From Octopus sinensis (lineage: Eukaryota): a stretch of 30,652 bases of DNA. Position numbers and translations under genes: made by a program. The notes beneath the pieces are model-generated. The model ran no database searches and was not told the DNA's origin. It saw only the letters and a list, made by a program, of their open reading frames with translations. Within the stretch, counting starts at the first letter, position 1, and each line of letters starts with the position of its first letter. The stretch covers positions 1 to 30,652 of the forward strand of contig NW_021832497.1 in assembly GCF_006345805.1 (NCBI RefSeq), read 5' to 3'. Positions 13,012 through 24,340 of the stretch are shown one piece after another.

Positions 13012-13045
<34 letters not shown>
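11095..13045. repeat. Tandem duplication, ~970-bp unit, 2 copies
   Basis: ATTCTCTCCTCATTCAC occurs at 11121 and 12089 (offset 968). The unique parts are near-identical; differences are mostly microsatellite length and small indels. Confidence 0.92.
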
Positions 13046-13050
<5 letters not shown>

Positions 13051-13117
13051 ATACATAGGTATGTATGTATATATATTATAATATATATATATATATAATT
13101 GTGGGTGTATGTATGTA

Positions 13118-13870
13118 CAAGGGTTGGACAAAATATGGAAACACCTAGTATCATATCATCATAATTTTGAAATATCTACAAAACAAGTTTATTTTTATAT
13201 TTTTATGTTTTGAATTATTATTAGTGTTACTTAATAAGTTTTGCTAAAATTGCTGCTTCTTTTCACAAAAAAAGGCAATTAAAATTATTCAGTTGACAGA
13301 CCTATCGGACTGTGAAACGGCGTTAGGAAAACAGCCGAAATGTTTGATCTATCTAGAAGTACTGCCTTGAAATTATTGACATCCTTTGAGAAAGAGGCAA
13401 AAACTTCCTCGTCGAAAATCTCCGGATGAAAATCAAAACTTTCAGATAGGGACCGTCGGACTCTTACGCAAATTGTTAGAAAGGATCACAAAAGTACAGC
13501 TCCCCAAATTACTGCAGAACTTAATGACCACCTCCAGAACCCAGTTTCCACGAAAATATTCGCCGGGAGCTGCACCAGGCTGAATTTCACGGGAGGGCTG
13601 CAATAAGAATAACATTACTTTCAAAAAACAAACTTTGCAAAGCGTTTAGAGTAGAGTAAAAACTTATAGAATTGGTCCCTAAAGCAGTGGAGGAATGTTG
13701 TTTTCTCTGACGAATCATCCTTTATTAACGGCGTATGCGTCTGGAGGCAGCCAAAGAAAGCATTTGGACAAGACTAACTTCTTCCAGCTGTTAAATATGG
13801 AGGCGGATCCGTGATGAGCTGCGGTGCTGCATATGGAAAATCCGCGTGCAGAATTAATAGTCAAGATTAT
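13118..13870 (+). mobile_element. Tc1-like transposon, 5' part (decayed)
   Basis: TA then TIR CAAGGGTTGGACAAAATATGGAAACACCT. Peptides: DRRTLTQIVRKDHKSTAPQITAELNDHLQNPVS, WRNVVFSDES and VKYGGGSVM. Confidence 0.88.
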
Positions 13871-14163
13871 ATATATATATATATTTCTAAAGAGACAGAT
13901 TGTTAGATTGATGCATGGATATATAAGTAAAGAGGTAAGGATAAGCTTAGATATATACATAACACTACGACAGATATGCTTATATAGATACATATGTATG
14001 TGTGTGTGGTGGGTGGGGGTGAGAAGTTTTAAGAACGTTATTTTCATGTAAAGATATATTTTGTTATTTATCATTGCATAAGATATATACAAGATTACCG
14101 CAATGAATAATGGCAATCGCACAAAATAAAACTTGTCTATTGAACAACTTCAGCAGATACAAG

Positions 14164-14199
<36 letters not shown>

Positions 14200-14246
14200 G
14201 ATATGTATATATATATATATATATATGTACATACATATATATATAT

Positions 14247-14500
14247 AAATAAATGAAAGAATGGAGTTGAACGACGATTTAACAAAATTCCTTTATTCTC
14301 GACATATGTTTCAAAGGCTGCATATTCCTAATTTCGAAGGAATCAGGGGTGCACTATGCCGCCTTCTCATCAGGAAAAACAAGGAACTTATGTCTCTGCC
14401 CTTGGCATGTAGCTTCAATCGTGTTTTTCTGACGTGAATTTGCTACCCAGGTATCGGTTAACCGAATTATCCATACTAAGATAATTTATTCAACTACTTA
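14247..14500 (-). mobile_element. Short HHR-bearing insert (PLE pLTR/retrozyme fragment) within (TA)n
   Basis: A ~254-bp unique block with TA runs on both sides, containing the HHR at 14286-14389. Confidence 0.6.
14286..14389 (-). ncRNA. Type I hammerhead ribozyme with extended helix II
   Basis: Minus strand: CTGATGA (14373-14367); helix II GAAGGCGGCATA/TATGCAGCCTTT enclosing the hairpin ATTCCT..AGGAAT; GAAA (14312-14309); palindromic helix III ACATATGT; GTC triplet (14303-14301). Helix I is TTTTC/GAGAA plus distal AAGTTCCTT/AAGGAATTT. Confidence 0.85.
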
Positions 14501-14619
14501 ATATATATATATATATATATATGTATGTATCTTTTATATATACATGTATATATATATATATACATATATATATTATACACATATGCACACACACACACAC
14601 ACACACATTATATATATAT

Positions 14620-14661
<42 letters not shown>

Positions 14662-14671
14662 TATATATATA

Positions 14672-14820
14672 GCTATAGGAGTGGCGTGGGTATGAAGCTT
14701 GCTTCCTAACCTCATGCTTTCGGGTTTAGTCACACTGCGTGGCACCTTGGCAAAGTGCTTTCTACTCTAGCCTCTGACCTAACAAAGCCTTGTGAGCGCA
14801 TTTGATAGACAGAACTGTCC
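14672..14820 (+). mobile_element. tRNA-derived SINE, decayed 5' part
   Basis: Aligns by eye with the start of the SINE at 29950 (GGAGTGGC...CACTGCGTGGCACCTTGG...CAAAGCCTTGTGAG). Confidence 0.8.
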
Positions 14821-14843
14821 CCACCCCACATAATATATATATC

Positions 14844-14909
<66 letters not shown>

Positions 14910-15114
14910 TGACACTATTGAGCCTATTCCAGAACCCTACACAGACAACGTATTCAAGAAGAGACTTTAAGACAAATTTCCCAGGATATTCTTAACTGCA
15001 CACAAAATATGAGAACAAATTTTTTCACTTATTTTTTAATCTCATTATTTCAGAAAAAAAACAGAAATAAAAGCAGGAGTGAAAGCGATACAGAAAAAGA
15101 AGGCAGAACGGAAT

Positions 15115-15181
<67 letters not shown>

Positions 15182-15195
15182 AGAAAGAAAGAAAA

Positions 15196-15231
<36 letters not shown>

Positions 15232-15232
15232 A
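15115..15232. repeat. (GAAA)n microsatellite
   Basis: Seen directly. Confidence 0.95.
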
Positions 15233-15687
15233 GCAGATAGGGAGTAAGGAAGGTCTTTGTCCTTTTTATTTTTTGAGATGGCTATTATTATATTTTTTAT
15301 GTTCGGTAGGTTCGCAGGTGTTTGAAGTTAATGATGTTTCAAGATGTCAATCTTGCATTTTCTGAAGATATCTGTTGTTCTTTCTATATGGGTAAGGGTT
15401 TTTTTATGTGTGAAAGGAGCTTCTTTTAAATTGTATTGTATTCATTTGTTCAGATTGGAAGTGACAATACAAGATGTCAGTTTTGTTTTGCTTTTATAAA
15501 AAATCATCTTCCACACCCACCAACTGTCAGTCTGTTTATCTATGAAACTATGATTATTAAACTGTGTGTAAAATACACATAAATATAGTCAGACATACGC
15601 ACACAATACACACGATAATACATACAATATGAATATGCATACAGAAGCTCGCATTCATCCATCCAGACATCCAGACATATACATATA

Positions 15688-16518
15688 CGAGGTCTGATCA
15701 ACAAGGTTCGGGACTGTTGCCATAGGAACAATGCTAAAGTCCGCAGAGTAAATCCGCCAGGCAAAGATTGAACTTGAAGTCTGCTTTGCATACGCACTAA
15801 GTTTTAACCTTCTTATTTCTTTACTGCCCACAAGGGGCTACACACAGAGAGAACAAACAAGGACAGACAAACGGATTAAGTCGATTATATCGACCCCAGT
15901 GCGTAACTGGTACTTATTTAATCGACCCCGGATGAAAGGCAAAAACTACTTCGGTGGAGTTTGAACTCAGAACGTAACGGCAGGCGATAAACCGCTAAGC
16001 ATTTCGCCCGGCGTGCTAACGATTCCACCAGCTCGCCGCCTAAGTTTTAACCTTCTAGCTCACTTCTATTTACAGCAGTGCGTGGAATGAAGGTATGTAA
16101 TGTGTGATCGTCTCATTGACCCTGGTAGGCCTACGCAGAGTTGCAGAAAGTGTATGGAGAGGAGTGTTTGAACAGCACACACGTGTCTAAGTGGTTCAGA
16201 CATATCCAAGATGGCCGATAAAATGTCAATATTGACGAACGTTCTGAGAGACACCCAACCAGTGAAACTGAGAAATACACCGCAGATGTGCGTACAGCTG
16301 TGCCGAGAAATCGTCGAATGACCAGCCGTGAATTATCAGAGGATGTGCAGTTTAGTTACACGTCAGTTTAGTTTATTATCCCTGAAGATTTGGGTATGAG
16401 AGCGTGTCTGCCAAGTTAGTGTCAAAACTATTTCCAGCTGACCGGAAACAAACTCGGGTTTCATTTGCACAAGATCTCCTTGATTGTGTCAAGAACGATG
16501 AAATTTGAAGCAGATAAT
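15688..16518 (+). mobile_element. Mariner-like transposon 5' fragment, interrupted by a SINE
   Basis: TA then TIR-like CGAGGTCTGATCAA. Decayed N-terminal peptides: VSKWFRHIQDGR*NVNIDERS, VSAKLVSKL and DCVKNDE. It ends before the catalytic domain. Confidence 0.75.
15814..16040 (-). mobile_element. tRNA-derived SINE with a 16-bp TSD
   Basis: Head GGCGGCGAGCTGGTGGAATCGTTAGC with B-box GAGTTCAAAC. The TSD TAAGTTTTAACCTTCT occurs at 15798-15813 and 16041-16056. Confidence 0.92.
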
Positions 16519-16627
16519 GCATACACACGCACACATACAAACATACATGGACATATATGTATAAATAAATATATATATGCATGTATACATATATACATAT
16601 ATATATATACATGTGTGTGCGTGTGTG

Positions 16628-17221
16628 TGTTGAATATATTATATAGTCTGTGACTATTTCTATTTTCTCACTTGACCGCTGGTTGCAGAAAATTTTTCTT
16701 GAATTTTTCTTGAATTTTTTGCTACCCTATATTGATAAATTAATAATTTTTGACTAATTCTGAAATTGTATCAGCAGTTTATATTTGCTGCTGAGTAGTT
16801 GGCGGGGTTACGTTGGATTTCGAAAAATTAGGATATATACACTCGGGGCTTCAGTGGTGTCGCCTCGTGGGTATGTGTTCTCCTTTTCTTTTGGTGATCT
16901 TGCTGATGAAACAAGCCAATCGCAAACGGATTTAATTTAATTTAATTATGTTCGATTGCGTAAAAATTGTTGAAACCTTGCAGGGTACAAAGTTGAAAGG
17001 GATAAATGTTTTTATTTCTCCTTTAGCTTTCAGAATTACTACTATTTTTGCGGTTTGAGTTTGGCTGCTCTTTCAAGTGAGTTGAAGACCTGTTAGGGTC
17101 ATTCCTAATACTTTGTTGAATATATTATATAGTCTGTGACTATTTCTATTTTCTCACTTGACCGCTGGTTGCAGAAAATTTTTCTTGAATTTTTCTTGTA
17201 TTTTTTTGCTACCCTATATTG

Positions 17222-17227
<6 letters not shown>
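16628..17227 (+). mobile_element. Retrozyme-like / pLTR partial-tandem element (486-bp unit plus 113-bp terminal direct repeat) with an HHR
   Basis: 16628-16740 is near-identical to 17114-17227 (about one difference). No ORF. Flanked by (TG)n and a long (TA)n. Confidence 0.75.
16881..17002 (+). ncRNA. Type I hammerhead ribozyme with extended helix II
   Basis: CTGATGA (16903-16909); helix II AACAA/TTGTT with inner CAATCG/CGATTG; GAAA (16972-16975); helix III ACCT-TGCA-GGGT; GTA triplet (16985-16987). Helix I is TTG/CAA plus distal TCCTTTTC/GAAAGGGA. Confidence 0.85.
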
Positions 17228-17308
<81 letters not shown>

Positions 17309-17354
17309 TGTATATACGTATGTGTATTCACTGATAGTTAATATATTTTTATTA

Positions 17355-17410
17355 TATTTAAAGATTTAACCGGTTTCACAGTTTACTCACATTTTCAAAA
17401 TTTTTAAATA
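17355..17410 (-). ncRNA. Minimal hammerhead-like motif, U3-A8 variant
   Basis: Minus strand: TATTTAAAAATT, TTGAAAA (17398-17392), weak helix II TGTGAGTAAACTGT, GAAA (17377-17374), C-CG-GTT, AAATCTTTAAATA. Helix I pairs well. Confidence 0.5.
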
Positions 17411-17960
17411 GAAAGACGTGGCTTATGTCACAGCTGTTTTGCTTCTGACTAGTATTTGTAGCCCATTTTTATAGGGAGATCATAGCGCAAATTAGTATCT
17501 TTTGGATAGGGTTTGATTGGTAGAGGTTAGTCACATCGCTGACCTTAGAAATCTTAGTTTGATTGTAACTAAACATATTTGCCTTGATTGTAACTAAAGA
17601 TTTTCACTGAACCGTGTCGATCTTCATTTTAGGTGTTAAATATACTGCCACTTAACACTAACGCACAGAGGTAGCGGGAAAACATACAGAAGTTCTAAAC
17701 TTAAATACGTGCACCACCACTCGGCTTGTTCAGTCAACCGTGTCAGCTTTAACTCACGACACTAAACATTGTCAATAGATACAAACACAGGGACGTAGCG
17801 GGGAAACCTACACGTATTTCTAAGTCCAATCATACGACCATCCTCGACCATTCAAACTCTATCCAAAATATAAACTAATTTCAGCCATGAAATGCCTCTG
17901 AAATTAGGGCAAGCTTCTAACACTTGTCAGAAACAAAGCAAAACCGATTATATCTTTAAC
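17358..17960. repeat. Diverged inverted-repeat element (pLTR-like)
   Basis: AATTAGTATCTTTTGGATAGGGTTTGATTGGTAGAGG (~17489-17526) matches the reverse complement of ~17842-17880. Further patches match at both ends. Confidence 0.6.
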
Positions 17961-18034
17961 TATTCTCAATGCATTCTCAACTTCTATTTTTCCTATATTT
18001 CCAGCCGCGTTAAATAAAACAACTTTGTATTCTT

Positions 18035-18452
18035 CTTCTTATTTCTTTATTGTCCACAGGAGCTAAACATAGAGGGGACACACAAAGACAGACAGAGGGA
18101 TTAAGTGGATTACATCGACCCCAGTACGGAACTAGTACTTAATTTATCGACCCCGAAAGGATGAAAGGCAAAGTCAACCTCGGCGGAATTTGAACTCAGA
18201 AAGTAACGGCAGACGAAATACCTATTTCTTTACTACTCACAAGGGGCTAAACACAGAGGGGACGACAAGGACAGACAAACGGATTAAGTCGATTACATCG
18301 AACCCAGTGCGTAACTGGTACTTAATTTATCGACCCCGAAAGGATGAAATGCAAAGTCGACCTCGGCGGAATTTGAACTCAGAACGCAGCGGCGGACGAA
18401 ATACCACAAAGCATTTCGGCCGGCGTGCTAACCTTTCTGCCAGCTTACCGCC
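18035..18452 (-). mobile_element. Tandem SINE dimer (full copy plus 5'-truncated copy), same family as 15814-16040
   Basis: GATTACATCG..CCCAGT..ATTTATCGACCCCGAAAGGATGAAA..CCTCGGCGGAATTTGAACTCAGAA occurs twice, ~183 bp apart. Only the right copy has the head. Confidence 0.88.
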
Positions 18453-18678
18453 TTATATTGTATTCGTATTCTACACACACACACATACACACACACACAC
18501 ACATACACACACACACGCACACACGCACACACATACATATATAACCAAAAATCTATCTGAAAAGAGTCAGAAAGACCGGGGTGAGAACGCTAGTAAATAA
18601 GTATCCCAAATACTAGCTAACAAATTTTATTATTTAATACAAGCACACACACACACAGGCATTCATTCATACACATGC

Positions 18679-18876
18679 ACATATACTTATATACACACAT
18701 ATGTATACACTTCTCTATATAAAGAGATACAAATATACATGTTTACACACCCATACTTATGTTGATATGCCTATATTCATATAGGCATATAAACATAAGT
18801 ATGGGTGTGTACACATGTATATTTGTATCTCTTTATATGGAGAAGTGATTACATATGTGTGTACACAAGTATATAT
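18679..18876. repeat. Near-perfect palindrome (98-bp arms, 2-nt spacer)
   Basis: Centre CTATAT-TC-ATATAG at 18771-18784. About 7 mismatches counted by eye. Confidence 0.95.
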
Positions 18877-19171
18877 GTATATATACACACGCAGATACAT
18901 ATACGTTTGTACAATGTGGGAAATTGTTAATCTGTGTCCATGTCATTGTATGGATTTGAATGCGTGCGCGTATATAAAAGCATAATTGCTTCTGAAGTAT
19001 CTGTAATTCTGTGTTTCGCAAATGATAGAGAGTAGATTCCGATGCTTCTAGCTAAATCACCATTGTGAATTATCATTTAATTGTTACAATTGAATAATTA
19101 ATTCAATAAACAGTTGATTTATTAAATAGTGTTAAAAACATAACATCATTACGTGCAACAACGGAAATATT

Positions 19172-19218
19172 AATGATGATGATGATGGTGATGATGGCGG
19201 TGACGATGACGATGATGG

Positions 19219-19266
<48 letters not shown>

Positions 19267-19475
19267 CGACGACGACGATGACTATGACGATGACGATGAT
19301 GATGATGATGTTGATGATGATGATGATGATGATGATGATGACGACGACGACGATGACTATGACGATGACGATGATGATGATGATGTTGATGATGATGGTG
19401 GTGGTGGTGGTGGTGATGATGATGATGATGATGATTATGATGATGATGATGATAGCGACGATGACGACGAGGATG
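19172..19475. repeat. (GAT)n/(GAC)n/(GGT)n trinucleotide tract
   Basis: Seen directly. It explains the poly-M and poly-I ORFs. Confidence 0.95.
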
Positions 19476-19743
19476 AAAAAGTTTGCATTATTATACCGCA
19501 TTAATCTAATGAATTATGAGAATACAAAGATGCATTCATGAAAATTTCCATAAGCATGAATTGAATGGACACCTGAGTATTTATATTTTCAAGTGAAGGA
19601 GATGTACTGCGAGTTCGAATCACAACAGTATCTCGAAGTCCCTTTACAGCAGTGAATTACCTGTGTTCTCAACGCACATCGCTTCTAAGCGATGAGATTC
19701 TCTCCAATAGCGAATGATATCACCGTTTAGATATTTACGTTCA

Positions 19744-20146
19744 TAAGTAGCTTGCTTACCAACCACATGGTTTCGGGTTCAATCCCACTGCGTGGAACAT
19801 TGGGTAAGTGTCTTTTACTATAGCCTCGGGCCGACCAAAGCCTTGTGAGCGGGTTTGGTAGATGGAAAGAATCCCGTCGTATATATATATATGTGTGTGT
19901 GAGTGCGCATGTGTGTTTGTGTATGTGTGTGTGTATGTGTATGTGTGTGTTTGTGTGTCTGTGTTTGTCCCCCTAACATCGCTTGACAACCGATGCTGGT
20001 GTGTTTACGTCCTCGTCACTTAGCGGTTCGGCAAGAGAGACCGTTAGAATAAATACTAGGCTTACAAAGAATACGTCCTAGGGTCGATTTGCTCGACTAA
20101 AGGCGGTGCTCTAGCATGGCCGCAGTCAAATGACAGAAACAAACAA
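19744..20146 (+). mobile_element. tRNA-derived SINE, slightly 5'-truncated
   Basis: Collinear with 29950-30360: B-box GGGTTCAATCCC, internal (TG)n and tail GGCGGTGCTCTAGCATGGCCGCAGTCAAATGAC. Confidence 0.92.
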
Positions 20147-21080
20147 ATATCCTACATGCAGTCTCTGAAATATTACCCGTGAGGCAGATTCCTTTAAACA
20201 ACAGCACGTATACTTGTGACATTCATGCGTCCAGGGTCACCTTATCTAAACCGATGAACTATCAGATCGAAACACTGAGTCGTATTGAAGTTCCCTCCCA
20301 CCAATGTATCCTGTGTGTTATAGCAGACACCGCTTTTAAAGGAAGTGTAGACAATAACAAGGGTGGTCAGATATTTAACTTTGAATTTCCCAGAAAGTAT
20401 TATAGAAGGAATAGACATTACGGTTGTAACATAATTTCATACGTAAATTATTCAACGGGATCCATTAGGGTTTATAACTGCTATTCATTTAATGAACTCT
20501 AAATTAATAAAAAAATATTCTACCTCAAAAAATATTGATGAAAGAAATATGAGAGATGAAAAATGGTGATTCAGAAATTGCATTTGACTCACCGTTTTAC
20601 AAACAACTTTACGACCACTAATATTAGTAAAATCAACATAAGACCTTGACATAAAACCGTAATTTTTTGAAGTATGAGGAAACAGGCATTAACTTGATGT
20701 AAAGGGATGAAATCTGACAGCCTAAGTAATTCGTCAACGAAGAAATAGAAAACAAAATGAAGCATTTGTAAAATTATATATTACAAAATAATACAGAAAA
20801 CTGTAAAATATAGTAAATTTGAGAAGCACGAGAGTTGTGAACTTTTCTTTCCCTTCCTTAACATAATTTTCGGGATATCACTTGTCCAGTTATTTTCTCT
20901 TTCACTTTTTTTTTTGCTGTAGTTAACGTTACGCGTTCGTTAAATATGAGTTAAATGTTCTATCTTCTCCTGAATGAAGTGAGACTAATTATAATATTGC
21001 GATTTTTACTCATAGTCGAGAGCTGGGAAACTTTTAAATCAGAAAATACGAGTTGTAAATTATTATAACATGCCGCTCTA

Positions 21081-21297
21081 AGGCGATAAGGCGGCAGAAT
21101 CGTTAACACGGCGGACAAAAGGTTTGGCGGCATTTGTCCGACTCTTTATTCTGAGTTCAATCCCCACCGAGGTTGTCTCTGCTGTTCTTCATTTCGAGAT
21201 CAATAAAATAGGTATCAGGCATGCACTGGAGTCGATGTAATCGACTTACCCTTTCCTTGAAATTGCTGGCGTTGTACTAACCTTTGAAGCAAATATT
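21081..21297 (+). mobile_element. Diverged tRNA-derived SINE
   Basis: GGCAGAATCGTTAACAC...CTGAGTTCAATCCC...GGAGTCGATGTAATCGACTTA, related to 15814-16040. Confidence 0.8.
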
Positions 21298-21876
21298 ACG
21301 AGCCGATTTATCATTCGTGAAATCAAAACCAACAAAATTCTAATTCTATTATATGTCCAGTGCTATAAAACTTGTAGCTTATGACATTGAACAATTCAGA
21401 GACTGTTAAGCATAATGCAGAGGAAATATAAGAATAAATGAAAGAAGAAACTTATGATGATTAAGTAGAGGGTGAAGACGAAGAAAATGCGAAACAAATT
21501 TTTACTACAACTCATACGATAAATATTTGGATCCTATGTCTTCGCTATCAATTCAAAATTCCAATTGGGACTAATCTTCTTGAGACCAAGGTCGATAAAT
21601 AAGTTAAATCGAAGTACAACTGCTGATTTCTCCCTTGTCTTTCACTATCATACATGTAAACACGAATCTTTCAACAAAATAACCTTTGACGTCAACTCTA
21701 TTCAAATTATAAACCAACGTTTTAAGATCACCGCTAGTAAGCAAAATTTTACACTAATAATCCAGTAATCTTTAAACTTTGATCAAATGACCAGGATTTG
21801 ATGAAATTTTATGAATTACTGTAAGAAATGATAAATGGAATGTATGAGCAATAAAACTTATCCAGTTATATACATG

Positions 21877-22120
21877 TTCCTTCTCGAACCATGCCAGGGT
21901 CATAAGGGCCGGTTTCCCGTTTCAGTGGCGCAGAAATACCCAATCTGGACGGGACGCCGCTCCGTCGCAGCATTACTTATTTTTGCTAGCTGAGTGGACT
22001 GGGGTAACGTGAAAATGAGGTATTTTGCTCAAGAACACAGCGCATGTCTCGGTCCAGGAATCGAAACCACAACCTTATGATCATAAGTTCAACACCCTAA
22101 GCACTAAGCCACACGCCTCC
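21877..22120 (-). mobile_element. tRNA-derived SINE (third family)
   Basis: Minus-strand head GGAGGCGTGTGGCTTAGTGCTTAGGGTG with B-box GGTTTCGATTCC and a CORE-like TGTTCTTGAGCAA segment. Confidence 0.8.
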
Positions 22121-23115
22121 ACTTGTATTCAGTTATGTATAGTATTTTATTTTTGCTTCAGAAGCGATTGCCCAAAAAACAAAGAGAGATTCGGCAATCG
22201 AATGGGAATGCCCGAAGAAAATCGCCCGTAACGTTGTACACCTTTCACGCATTAGAACTTATCAAGATAAATGTAGAATGAGGAAGATGATTATGATTAT
22301 AAAAATAATGTTGGTATCATATTGTTATCAATTGATAACGATTCCTAAAGACTATACGGACAATGATAAAAATGAAGAAATTCATTATATTAACAGCGGT
22401 GGCTTGACGTAATTCTTAGTTTCACCTAAATTGTTTTGAGTCTTTTATTTGTTGTTAATCTTAACATTCTGAGTAAAATTCACGCTGAAGATAACAGTGC
22501 TTGTAATTCCTCTGAAGTGCAAATCAAGTGTTTTCATTGGTGGTATTGCCTAATCTTTTACTCCTCAACAGTCCTGCATTGTGCCGTAATTTGAAACAAT
22601 TTCAAACTGTTATTATGATTCTGTCCTTCGTTCTCTTGCTCATGAAGACGATAATGATGTTGATAAGCTTGGGAATAATGTTGAAGAGACGCATGTTTAT
22701 TATATTCCTTGTTTTTAACGATAATGACATCGGTTCATTACGATATAATGATAGAGTTCATGTTAATTATAAATAGGACTATGTGAAGATGGTGATGATG
22801 AGAAGGAGGAGGATGTGGGAGACGAAGAGGGGGAATAATCGCATAGGGATGAGGTGCGGATGAAATATCATCATTGTAGCCACGATCATCACCGTCGTCT
22901 TCATCATAAACATGCAGCTTGTGGTATTGACGTGGAACTATTATGGGGAAAATATTCGTGATGTATGCAAATAGAAAACGAAAATTTAGAGAATATTGAA
23001 TGAAAAAAAAGATTAAATAAGAAAAAACAGAATGAGAGTATGTTGACGTATAAGGAATAAGGGAATAACAAATGTGAATTTTTTGAACATCATAAAACAC
23101 AAACAAAAGGACGCA

Positions 23116-23174
<59 letters not shown>

Positions 23175-23192
23175 ATGAGCGTATTTAATGAA

Positions 23193-23244
<52 letters not shown>

Positions 23245-23318
23245 TTGTGTGTGTGTGTGTGTGTGTGTTTGGTGTGTGTGTTTGCCCGAGCGTATTTACT
23301 GAATACATTATATATATA

Positions 23319-23363
<45 letters not shown>

Positions 23364-24009
23364 TGTGTGTGTGTGTGTGTGTAAGTACATACATATCATT
23401 TAATATATGCATGTATATGTTTATATATACATAATTCAGGCATGTATATATGTAGGTATATTAGTATGTATGCGTATATATTCTAATGTATGTGTGAATG
23501 CGTACTTATCAATGTGTGTGTTTAAGTGAGAGATGTTATATCGGTGTGTGGCAAGAAAACAATTCTGTGCATATTTGCATTGTCTGGTTTCCATCAAAAC
23601 TTGTCTGCAAATTTTTGAAACACACACACACACAGACACACACACACATACACACACACACGCATACATATAAACACACGCACTAACATCTGATGGAAAG
23701 CAGACAATGCCAAAATTCCAGACACTTTACCACGAATTTCTAAGTGCTTTTGTTTATGCAAGTAGTCATTACATAGCGTGAATGAATTACATGTTACTCT
23801 GCGTTAAATTCGTTTGATGATATTGGGGGATATTGAATATTCGACAGAAACCTGTTGGTATTTAATGTAATTTGCCTTTAAAATACCGATAAAAACATAT
23901 AATAATCGATCTCTTTTACATTACAGGATAGGAGTCATAATTTCAGTATTATAATTTATGTCTGTCTGGTTTCAAGATCCTCCAGATTCGAACCAAAATT
24001 TCTTCCTTC

Positions 24010-24150
24010 CAAGACCATGAAAATACGGGAGTCAAGTAATATATCTTTTTATCGACTTCGGAATATCCTGCAACTCTTCTGGGCGGGCTCCTTGTTTATG
24101 TTGCTGAATGCTGCCATAATCCTTGCCTTCAGTTCAAAGCAGCACATGTC
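24010..24150 (-). mobile_element. Tc1/mariner-superfamily transposase C-terminal relic (tentative)
   Basis: Minus strand ELKARIMAAFSNINKEPAQKSCRIFRSR resembles the C-terminal helices of DDD/E transposases. Confidence 0.45.
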
Positions 24151-24340
24151 TTTTCCAAATTTGATGCAGAGTGAATTGCATCATGGAACTGTTTTCTCAC
24201 AACTGGTACCCAATTGATCCTACTATACTGTGTAGTCGAAAAATTCCAAAACGAGCAATGTACATGCGAGAAATTAGAAACGCAAAATGGCGACAATTTA
24301 CCCATCGAATACTGAATATATATATATATGTATGTATATA

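Noticed and set aside
19103-19541. Poly-Met and poly-Ile ORFs
   Set aside because: They come from the (GAT)n tract and have no coding context.
20250-20285. CCGATGA...GAAACACTGAGTC hammerhead-like string
   Set aside because: No helix II or helix I pairing.
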